From a virus (Duplodnaviria > Caudoviricetes), in IMG/VR virus record IMGVR_UViG_3300029448_000047, positions 1-56,246 of that record: DNA of 56,246 nucleotides, one strand, 5' to 3'. The position numbers and the translations under genes are program-made. The notes beneath the pieces are model-generated. The model had not been told where the DNA came from. It saw nothing but the letters and a program-made list of their open reading frames with translations, and searched no databases. Shown here one piece after another: positions 8,368-17,500 of this stretch (position 1 is the stretch's first letter; each line of letters opens with the position of its first letter).

Positions 8368-9900
8368 ATGTCTCAAGCAAAAAAGTTAATGGATGCGTTC
8401 TGCGGATCGATAGCGGCGCACGGTACAACCACTGTAGGCAGGGTTGGACGCAACGGCAAAGCCGAGGCGAAGAGTATGATTGTTCGCGGACCTTTGACCG
8501 CTGAGTTAGTACAGGATCACATTGAGGGCCGTCAGGGTGTGGGATCTATACCTATTACCCAAGATAATTTGTGCATGTTCGGGGCTCTGGACATTGATAC
8601 CTATGATCTCAACCTGGTGGAGTTAAATGCCAAGGTTCAAAAGCTAGGGTTGCCCTTGGTGTTGTGTCGTTCCAAGTCGGGCGGCGCCCACCTCTATTTG
8701 TTTCTCAAGCAGTGGGAGCAAGCGGCCATGGTTCGAGAGTACCTGACCGAGATGTCTGTTGCCTTGGGGTTCTCCGGTTGTGAGATCTTTCCAAAGCAGG
8801 ACACTATCTTGGCGGAGCGTGGCGATGTGGGCAACTTTATAAACATGCCGTACTTTGGTGGGGATGTAACCACACGCTATGCCTTGGATAAGAAGGGCGA
8901 AGCTATGGACATGGCGCAGTTCTTTGCTGCGGTTGATGCAGCAAGGATAGACATTCCAGAGTTAAATGAACTTCAGTTTGGTGGAGAGAGAACACACTTT
9001 ACTGACGGGCCGTACTGCTTGGAGATCATTACTGGGCAGGGCTCTGTTACTGAACACCGGAACACGTTTATGTTTAACGTTGGCGTGTACTGCCGGTTGA
9101 AGTGGCCTGACAATTGGAAGAAGCATCACGAAGAATACAACAGGACGTTATGCAGCCCTGCCCTTGAGGCAACTGAGATCGTTGCGTTGCAGAAATCGTT
9201 GATGAAGAAAGAGTACTTCCTGCAATGCAGTGTGTGTCCGTTGAAAGATCACTGTGATGTACAGATCTGCAAGTCGCGTCAGTTTGGTGTGGGCAACTCG
9301 GCCCCAGATCGGGCCAACCTTGGTGGTCTGACAGTCATGTTATCGGAGCCTCGGCATTACTTCATGGATGTAGATGGTCAGCGGCTTCAGCTAACTGTTG
9401 AGCAATTGCAGAACCAAGGTCTTTGGCAGCGGTCATGCATGGAGCAACTCAACTTCATGCCGCCTCAAGTTAAGCCACAAGATTGGCAGGTTGCAATCAA
9501 CACCCTGATGAAGAACTCGGTCACCATAGATGTGCCTCCGGAACTCACGATCAAGGGGCAGTTCCATGAGATGCTCAAGACGTTTTGCACAAGTCGGATT
9601 AGGGCTTTGTCTCCGGAAGAAATGGAGATGGGCAAGCCTTGGACCGAGGACGGCGTGACGTACTTTACGATGGCTGGCTTGGAACAGTTTCTCAAGAACA
9701 GGCAGTTCACACATTACAAAGCGGTTCACATACAGGAACAGTTAAAGGCTTTGAACGATGGAGGAGATTGCCACCAGCAAAAGTATATTAAAAGAGAGAA
9801 CGGAAAGTCTAAAAAGTTACGTGTCTGGCATGTGCCGGCATTTGAAGATGAAGAAATAGAACTGGAACCAAAGGAGTTTAGTGATGACATCCCCTTCTGA
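8368..9900 (+). CDS. AEP-superfamily DNA primase / primase-polymerase
   Basis: GALDID (DxD), SKSGGAHLY (sxH motif), EIFPKQ, downstream Cys cluster; AGGAGG SD. Confidence 0.8.
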   Translation: MSQAKKLMDAFCGSIAAHGTTTVGRVGRNGKAEAKSMIVRGPLTAELVQDHIEGRQGVGSIPITQDNLCMFGALDIDTYDLNLVELNAKVQKLGLPLVLCRSKSGGAHLYLFLKQWEQAAMVREYLTEMSVALGFSGCEIFPKQDTILAERGDVGNFINMPYFGGDVTTRYALDKKGEAMDMAQFFAAVDAARIDIPELNELQFGGERTHFTDGPYCLEIITGQGSVTEHRNTFMFNVGVYCRLKWPDNWKKHHEEYNRTLCSPALEATEIVALQKSLMKKEYFLQCSVCPLKDHCDVQICKSRQFGVGNSAPDRANLGGLTVMLSEPRHYFMDVDGQRLQLTVEQLQNQGLWQRSCMEQLNFMPPQVKPQDWQVAINTLMKNSVTIDVPPELTIKGQFHEMLKTFCTSRIRALSPEEMEMGKPWTEDGVTYFTMAGLEQFLKNRQFTHYKAVHIQEQLKALNDGGDCHQQKYIKRENGKSKKLRVWHVPAFEDEEIELEPKEFSDDIPF

Positions 9901-10102
9901 ACAACGAAAGCTGCTGAAGATTGCGGAAATAACCGAGTGGTTGGGGGTATCCCATTCCACCATTTACAAGTGGGTAAGCGAGGACATCTTTCCACAGCCC
10001 ATATATCTTGGACCGGGCAAGGGCGATAAGAACAGCGCCACCCGTTGGGTCGAGGAAGAAGTTCTGGAGTGGCTAGCTCAACGTCCACGCGGTAAAGAGT
10101 GA
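9881..10102 (+). CDS. AlpA/excisionase-like HTH DNA-binding protein
   Basis: LLKIAEITEWLGVSHSTIYKWV...FPQP...RWVEEEVLEWL matches the AlpA pattern. Confidence 0.85.
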   Translation: MMTSPSEQRKLLKIAEITEWLGVSHSTIYKWVSEDIFPQPIYLGPGKGDKNSATRWVEEEVLEWLAQRPRGKE

Positions 10103-11622
10103 TGTCCGAGGAGATGCTTTTAGGTCCGCCTGGGTGTGGTAAAACGTACAGCCTTATACAGCGCGTACAAGAAGCCCTTGAGGACGGTGTTGACCCTGAA
10201 CAGATAGGGTTTATGTCCTTTACAAAGAAGGCCGTACAAGAGGCCGTTGAGCGGTCGTGTGGCAAGTTTGGGTTTGACGAGAAACGTCTGCCTTACTTCC
10301 GCACCCTGCACTCGATTGGGTTCCGCGCTTTGGGGCTAGTATCTGGTGACATGCTAGCCAAGGACGATTGGCGCAAGCTGGGTCATGGTCTGGGTTTGTC
10401 GTTTGATAATGCAGAAGGCGCCGCACCTGATGACGGCATCCTGATCCCTGCCATTGGTGGTGACGGCGGCAAGTACATTCAGTTGATCGACCGGTCCAGG
10501 TACAGGTTGATTGCAATGGAGCAAGAGTTCAACGAGGCTGAGGATTGGGATCTATCGTTTCCAAAGATGAAGCAGATCGAGGTCAGTGTTGCTTTGTACA
10601 AAAGCAAGTTCGGTAAGATGGACTTCGTTGATTTGATTGAACAGTACCTGAACGTAGAACCACCGTACTTGAAGCTGCTGATTGTGGACGAGGCCCAAGA
10701 CCTTACTCCCTTGCAATGGGAGATGGTGGATCACATGAAGGCCAACGCGGAGAATGTGGTGTATGCAGGGGACGATGACCAAGCCATTCACCGATGGACC
10801 GGCGTTGATGTTAATCGTTTTATCAACGCGACAGACAACAAGACAATCCTATCACAGTCGTACCGGTTGCCTCGGGCCGTTTGGTCTTTGTCTCAGCAGG
10901 TTGTAAAGCGGATCGACAACCGGATTGAGAAAGAGTTTCTACCCATGGAGGAAGAAGGCTTGGTTGAATACCACCTAAGCCGGCACACAATTCCGTACCA
11001 CAAGGGTTCGTGGACAATCATGGCTAGAACCAACAGTTTTGTGCGTGAGTTTGCAGAGTCTTTAAGGGAAGACGGATACCTATACAGTGTTAAGGGTCGG
11101 CCTTCTATCAACCCAGATGCAGTAGATGTGATCATTGCTTGGCGTGATCTACAAGCAGGTAACCCTCTGTCGCTGCGCCGCGTTAAGAAGATGTATGCGT
11201 CTGTACCAAAGCAGGGGGACTATGCTGTTGTAAAGCGGGGCTCTGCTAGATTGCTAGACGCTGCGGATCCAGAAGCGATGTTGGATTACGAAACCTTGGT
11301 GCGTGATTATGGAATGATTGCTCCGTTATATACGGATGCAATGGATGTGGCACGGTTTGGTAGGGAACAGAAGCTATACGTTCGGTCAATTGAAAGGCGC
11401 GGGGAAGATCTCACCAAGACCCCGCGCCTTAAACTATCGACGTTCCACGCTATGAAGGGAGGAGAAGACGACAATTGCGTGGTGTATTTAGGTATACCAA
11501 GAGTATGTGCAGAAAGCAAGCACCCAGATGATGAGCATCGGGCATTCTATGTGGGCATAACACGCGCCCGAAAAGAATTGCACATACTAGATACAGATAA
11601 GAGGTATAAGTACCAGCTATGA
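10099..11622 (+). CDS. UvrD/Rep-like SF1 DNA helicase
   Basis: GPPGCGKT, DEAQD, GDDDQAI, QSYR, TFHAMKGGE, YVGITRA. Confidence 0.93.
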   Translation: MMSEEMLLGPPGCGKTYSLIQRVQEALEDGVDPEQIGFMSFTKKAVQEAVERSCGKFGFDEKRLPYFRTLHSIGFRALGLVSGDMLAKDDWRKLGHGLGLSFDNAEGAAPDDGILIPAIGGDGGKYIQLIDRSRYRLIAMEQEFNEAEDWDLSFPKMKQIEVSVALYKSKFGKMDFVDLIEQYLNVEPPYLKLLIVDEAQDLTPLQWEMVDHMKANAENVVYAGDDDQAIHRWTGVDVNRFINATDNKTILSQSYRLPRAVWSLSQQVVKRIDNRIEKEFLPMEEEGLVEYHLSRHTIPYHKGSWTIMARTNSFVREFAESLREDGYLYSVKGRPSINPDAVDVIIAWRDLQAGNPLSLRRVKKMYASVPKQGDYAVVKRGSARLLDAADPEAMLDYETLVRDYGMIAPLYTDAMDVARFGREQKLYVRSIERRGEDLTKTPRLKLSTFHAMKGGEDDNCVVYLGIPRVCAESKHPDDEHRAFYVGITRARKELHILDTDKRYKYQL

Positions 11623-12461
11623 ATAGAGAAGATTTACTAGACGATGCGTGGAGCAAGATCAACGGGGATCGAGAAGAAGAATACGGCGATGTATATAACA
11701 GTTTCACCACCATATCTTTGGGATGGGACATAATTACGAAGAACGCTCTCGCCACGCATGGGTGTGTAAGCCCAATGCATGTTGGTCTGATGATGGATTG
11801 GCTGAAGACGAGCCGGCTGTTGGTGAACATAAACCATGAAGATTCGTGGATCGATAAGATTGGGTATTCCGCCCTGTCTGCGGAGGTTGCAGATGAGTAT
11901 AACGATAGGGTTGAAGAGGTTGGAGAGGATGAAGACAAGTCATTAGAAGAGCTTCTTCAGGAGGTTCCACCAGAAGGAGTGGTGGTGGAGATAGAGATAG
12001 AGGAAGAGCCCCCTGTTTGGGATGGTACGATTCAAGATGTGGAAACAAAGAAATGGGTGAATGAAGCAACGAATTATGCCAAAGAGTTTGCCGAGCGAGA
12101 AAAGAAATACTTGGCTGAAAAAGGTGTTCTTGAAGTTTATAAAGAGCTTTTAAAGATTGCTACGTTGGACGAATTAGATGCCATGGCGAAGTATTCTCCT
12201 GAACCTAGGCCCATGACCCGCAAGCGTTTAGCCGCATACCTAGAGCCGGGTCTTAATGAATTGTTCGGCACTGAGTATGATCCATACGTTGAGCCAAAGA
12301 CATGTCAGAAGATTGATGGTCGCAACGGCAAGCCTTGTGGGCTCCCGTTAGTTGGTAGACAAAAGAAGTTTTGTAGTAAGCACGTTCCAAAGAGTACCAA
12401 AGCAGCAAGGAAAGCCTATGGCAAGAGATCGAAAAGACAAGTCAACGATCAACTATCTTGA
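11619..12461 (+). CDS. Multidomain protein: DUF6378-like N-terminus, acidic linker, capsid-N-terminus-like peptide, Cys/His zinc finger
   Basis: INGDREEEYGD...KTSR...DSWIDKIGY pattern; LEPGLNELFGTEYD; C-x10-C...FCSKH; basic tail. Confidence 0.75.
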   Translation: MNREDLLDDAWSKINGDREEEYGDVYNSFTTISLGWDIITKNALATHGCVSPMHVGLMMDWLKTSRLLVNINHEDSWIDKIGYSALSAEVADEYNDRVEEVGEDEDKSLEELLQEVPPEGVVVEIEIEEEPPVWDGTIQDVETKKWVNEATNYAKEFAEREKKYLAEKGVLEVYKELLKIATLDELDAMAKYSPEPRPMTRKRLAAYLEPGLNELFGTEYDPYVEPKTCQKIDGRNGKPCGLPLVGRQKKFCSKHVPKSTKAARKAYGKRSKRQVNDQLS

Positions 12462-14328
12462 TCGGATGGACATTGACCGGTTAGATCCTGATTGGAACAT
12501 ACCAACAGAGTACCCTGATCTAACAGGATACAAGTCTATCGCAGTTGATTTGGAAACAAGCGATCCAAACCTCAAGTCTCTCGGACCCGGTTGGGCCCGA
12601 GGGGATGGTTTCATCGTGGGCATTGCTGTAGCTGCAGGAGATTACAAAGGCTACTTTCCCATACGTCACCAGAACGGACACAACCTAGATCCCAAGATGA
12701 CCATGCGGTGGTTTGCAAAGCAGATGGATACTCCGCGGATCGACAAGATCATGCACAACGCCACGTATGATGCCGGTTGGTTGCAAGCGGAAGGCATCGA
12801 GGTAAAGGGTCGGATTATTGATACCATGATTACCGGAGCTATTGTGGATGAGAACCGGTTTTCCTACAGCCTTAATAATCTAGGCCGTGATTGGATCGAC
12901 ATGCGGAAGGACGAGAAGGCCCTTCGCGCAGCGGCCCGTGATTGGGGGTTTGATCCTAAGTCCGAGATGTGGCGCCTACCTCCGATGGACGTTGGACCCT
13001 ACGCGGAACAGGATGCTTTAATGACGCTCAAGCTATGGGAGCGGTTGAAGATAGAGGTGGAGAAGCAAGACCTCTGGGCCATATGGGAATTGGAAACAGG
13101 GCTCATTCCTCTCATGCTTAAAATGAAAACCAATGGCGTTAGAGTAAACATCGATCAAGCAGAGCAGGTTCGGAAAGAATTGAAGGGCCGAATCACCGGG
13201 CTAAAGAAATCCATTTGTGATGAGACAGGTGTGGACCTTGAACCATGGGCCGCGGCCTCTGTTCAGAAGGTCTTTGATTCACTGGGCTTGGAGTATGCAC
13301 AGACTGCGGCTGGCAATGCTACCTTTACCAAGCAGTTTTTAAACCTGCACCCTCACCCTGTAGCACAACAGATCGTTAAGCTGCGGGAGTTTGATAAGGC
13401 CGACAGCACGTTCATCGACACCATCCTGCGTCACTCACACAAAGGCAGGATCCACTGCGAGTTTCACCAACTCCGGAGCGATGACGGCGGTACAGTTACG
13501 GGTCGTTTCTCATCGTCCAACCCTAACCTTCAGCAAATTCCTGCACGGGACAAAGACATTAAGAAGATGATCCGCGGATTGTTTATCCCCGAAGACGGAT
13601 GCAAGTGGGGTTCGTTTGATTACTCTAGCCAAGAGCCACGGTTGTTGGTTCACTTTGCGGCTAGCTTGAATGACGATCACCGGCATCAGATGGTGGATGG
13701 TATTGTTGATGAGTGGCAAACCAAGGACATCGATCTGCACCAGATGGTTGCTGACATCGCTGGCATTGATCGGAAGTCTGCAAAGACTGTGAACCTAGGG
13801 ATTATGTACGGCATGGGTAAGGCCAAGCTAGCAGACCAGTTGGACATTAGCGTAGCCGAGGCCACCACACTGCTTCAGACGCACCAGAGCAAGGTGCCTT
13901 TCGTTAAGGGGCTAGCGGAGATTGCAAGCACTCGCGCCTCTCAGAAGGGCTCTATACGCACTCTGCTAGGCCGTAGGTGCCGGTTTGATCTGTGGGAGCC
14001 TAGAACGTTTGAATACAACAAGCCACTGGCTCTAAAGGACGCACAAGAAAAGTACGGGATGTACCTGCGTAGGGCGTTTACATACAAGGCGCTGAACAAG
14101 CTGATCCAAGGATCCGCTGCGGACCAAACCAAGAAGGCCATGGCTGATTGCTATGCCGAGGGATTAGTTCCTATGCTCACGGTCCATGATGAACTATGCT
14201 TTTCTGTAGAAAGCCAAAAGCAAGCCTCTAAGATAACCGAGATCATGGAGACAGGCTTATCACATATACTCAAGGTTCCGTCTAAGGTAGACGAGGAACT
14301 CAAGGACAACTGGGGAGAGATAGAATGA
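12418..14328 (+). CDS. polA: DNA polymerase family A (3'-5' exonuclease plus polymerase)
   Basis: Exo DLET/HNATYD/YAEQD; TGRFSSSNPNLQQIP; motif A DYSSQEPR; motif B KTVNLGIMYG; motif C VHDE. Confidence 0.96.
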   Translation: MARDRKDKSTINYLDRMDIDRLDPDWNIPTEYPDLTGYKSIAVDLETSDPNLKSLGPGWARGDGFIVGIAVAAGDYKGYFPIRHQNGHNLDPKMTMRWFAKQMDTPRIDKIMHNATYDAGWLQAEGIEVKGRIIDTMITGAIVDENRFSYSLNNLGRDWIDMRKDEKALRAAARDWGFDPKSEMWRLPPMDVGPYAEQDALMTLKLWERLKIEVEKQDLWAIWELETGLIPLMLKMKTNGVRVNIDQAEQVRKELKGRITGLKKSICDETGVDLEPWAAASVQKVFDSLGLEYAQTAAGNATFTKQFLNLHPHPVAQQIVKLREFDKADSTFIDTILRHSHKGRIHCEFHQLRSDDGGTVTGRFSSSNPNLQQIPARDKDIKKMIRGLFIPEDGCKWGSFDYSSQEPRLLVHFAASLNDDHRHQMVDGIVDEWQTKDIDLHQMVADIAGIDRKSAKTVNLGIMYGMGKAKLADQLDISVAEATTLLQTHQSKVPFVKGLAEIASTRASQKGSIRTLLGRRCRFDLWEPRTFEYNKPLALKDAQEKYGMYLRRAFTYKALNKLIQGSAADQTKKAMADCYAEGLVPMLTVHDELCFSVESQKQASKITEIMETGLSHILKVPSKVDEELKDNWGEIE

Positions 14329-14528
14329 TGGAAGATAAGATTGATACCGTAGGGCTTAAAGAGATGCATCCCATGCAGGTTCAAGCCCTGTTGAAAGTGG
14401 TAGATATAACTATGCGCCTTGCTGTCTGTTCAAACGATGACGCTATCATCGAGGATGTGACAGAACACGTTAACGATATGATCCAGTTGTTCGGTGGTCT
14501 TGGTGTGAAGGTCGATGTTATGGATTAA
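14325..14528 (+). CDS. Hypothetical protein
   Basis: ATGA coupling with polA; converges on the late operon. Confidence 0.6.
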   Translation: MMEDKIDTVGLKEMHPMQVQALLKVVDITMRLAVCSNDDAIIEDVTEHVNDMIQLFGGLGVKVDVMD

Positions 14529-17500
14529 GCCGGCGCTGTATCTCTTGGTCCTGCGGGTTAGGCAATACCGTAGGGCCTGGGGGCAGGGTGGGTAGTGCGG
14601 GGATTGGAACGCCACCAAATCTATTACCTGTAGGAGCCGTGACGGGAACGCCACCAAATCTATTACCTGTAGGAGCCGCAGGCACAGGCGCTGCTTCTAA
14701 CTGAGTATCAAGGTTAGGAGCCCGGACATCTGGGTTGTCATCGGGCGCAAGAGAAGCGCCACGCATTAACTTTCTAATCTCATTTATTCTTTTGTTTACA
14801 AGCCTAAACTCGTCTTGAGTTCCTGCCTTACGCATTTCTTTGCGGTTCTTGGAGCTAACTTTAAACGGATCAAACTGTCCACGCATAACCTTACGGGCGC
14901 TAGAACCAATATTGCTATCCTTTAATACTCTACGCATTTCGCTGTCGGACAAACCCATGGCCCGGAGATCCTCAAACATCTGGTAGTATCTCTTGTCGTT
15001 CCGCAGCTTTGCCTCATTACCTTTAATGAACGCATCCACAAACTCCGATGCAGTGGTTCCAGAGTCATCGGCCACCCTGTTAAACATCTGCTTTGCTTCG
15101 GTTTGACCGCGTTGAAAACGGTAGCCCCCAAACTCTAATCCTTTCTTAGGGTCAAACTCTAGAGTGCTTACGCCAGATCCAGCCCTGATTAATTCAGTTA
15201 GTAGTGTTCTTTCGCGGCCAAACTTATCTTCAGACTTAATTCCAAAGAAAGTTCCTTCCTCTGTTCCTACCAGCCCACGGGAGAACCTGCCTGCCACGGG
15301 AGCGCCACCTTTAAAGTCCATTGGTAAAAAACCAGGCATCATGGTGTTTGCCACATGCATAAAGGATTTAAAGCCCTTGGTCAGGTTAGAATCAAGAGAG
15401 TTAAATATTTGAGCGCCAGACTTTGTTCTTCCGTTGTTCCGACTAGCCGCATTGTATACGTCAATCGCCGCTTCAGTTATGATAGCCTCATCCATAAACG
15501 GAGCAAAGAACTCACCCATCGTGGAGAACATAACGTTAGTTACTGCATCCGCGGGATCTTGGCCTTCCTTAATAGCCTTATCACCCTCGTTCATAGCACG
15601 GTTCATAAACCGAGTTAGAGTATCATATGGGTTCAACGTACTGTAGTTGACGTACTGGATCTTACCGTCTTCATCTTTTCCAACAGGCACTAGGACCGCG
15701 CCCTTTTCCCACTGTGGAGCAAAGGATCTTTTGTATGCTTTCATCTCTTCTCGGTCTACACCTGAGAACTGGTACGCCGCCTCTACCGCAGCGACAGGTG
15801 CAGCTATGGTCGTTGCACCAAAGCTCATCAGCCTGTTACGTCCTCTAGCCTCTATTGCGGGGATGCCTGAGTACATATCATCCAAACCCTGTTGAACAAT
15901 GTTAAACCCAGTACGCAGTATCTCAGCAGGGAAGGTAATGAAGTTACCAAACGGCAACCGGCGCCCAAACTTAACTAGCTCCGAAGCACCCTTGGTATAG
16001 TTTGGTAGTGTATCTCTGACGATCTGGGCAGCGCGGTGCTTTAACAACTCTTTGTAGGCATCTTTGCTAGGGGTCATGCTTAAATCAAGAGGTACATCAG
16101 TTCCGTTTTTGGTCAGATACTTTATCGCAGTTTTTTCATCTACTGTGTCTAACGCCTTAGCTAGCTTCATCTCCTCAGCGGCATAGCTCATAAACTTCAT
16201 GACATCATCGCCGCCTTGGTATAGCCCTTCAGCGTAATACCCTGCTTTACCAAATGCCTTTGCTACCTTTGATTTTGCGGCAAGACCCGCTGCTTTTTTA
16301 CCAAGCAACCCTTCTATTGCAGTGCTTGGAGCATCGCTTGCTCGATCAATACCCTTACGCAGGGCGTCTTGTATTTCTCTTAACTCTGCATTCGTGCCAA
16401 TGACCCCACGGTTTTGAGCGTCCATAAGAAGTTCAAGAACCCGGTCATCGCCGCCCTTAAATATGTTGGCAGCAACTAATTTAAAAGCATCTGCGGAACT
16501 GGCGCCACGGCCCAAAGGTGCGTAAGGAAGGTTGCCATTAGCAAGCATAAAGGCATGACCAGTTGTAAAGTTACGCACCATCGTAACAGGAGATAGAATT
16601 GTTTTAGAGTATTGAGATAAGGCTTTGCCTCGAACAAACGTGTTTAAAGCGCCTTGAAATAGTTGTGTTGCGGCATCTGCCTCAGACCACACCTTGTTTG
16701 TCAGGCTGTTATAGATATCCTCGGGAACGTAATACCCATCAAGAGATCCCCACCCAGAGCGGCTGATCATCTCATCCAGTTTCTTTACATCTTGTATTGC
16801 TGCGGGGCCAGCCATGGATCCAATGCCACCTTCGCCGCCAAGCTGGACGTAACCCTTGTTCTTTAATGCTGTTTTTGCTGCTTCAGATGTGACCTTTTCA
16901 GGGCCAATAAACAAGCGGCCAATACCGTCATTGTTTTTAGCCATGTTTGCAACCGATGTTTGCATACTATCAACGGCCGTAAACTGCGCTAGGTCCGCTA
17001 TTGTTTTTAGGTAAGCCTCTCTGGGATCCGTTACCTCTCCCATTAATCTGCGTAACTCGGGAGCTATCTTCTTCCGTTGGATAAACATACCAGTATCCAA
17101 GCGGTCCTTAGCTACACGCCCTGCGCCCTTCTTGGCAGTGGATCTGTTAAGTACTCTGTATTGGTCGAGAAAAGCATCTCTTGCTTTTTTTGCTACTTCG
17201 TCAGTAACTTTTCCGCCAACAGTAACTTTAAGATCGTCACCTCCGCCAGACACCGTTAAGCCATTTCGTTTTATAAAGTCATCAGTAAACAGGGTATTGT
17301 TGATGTCTGCTTTTTTAATTTCTGACAACATCTTTTCTGTGAGTTTATCGTTTCGTTTAAAATACATCCTTGCAACATCAAGTGTTTCGTCATCTGGAAT
17401 ATACTTAGAGTCTTGAAATACTTTAAAGTCTCTCCGCAAGTATTCCTCGGAACCTTCGTTTAAAACTTCGTTAAACGTTTTGCCTAGGTCTGGGATTTCA

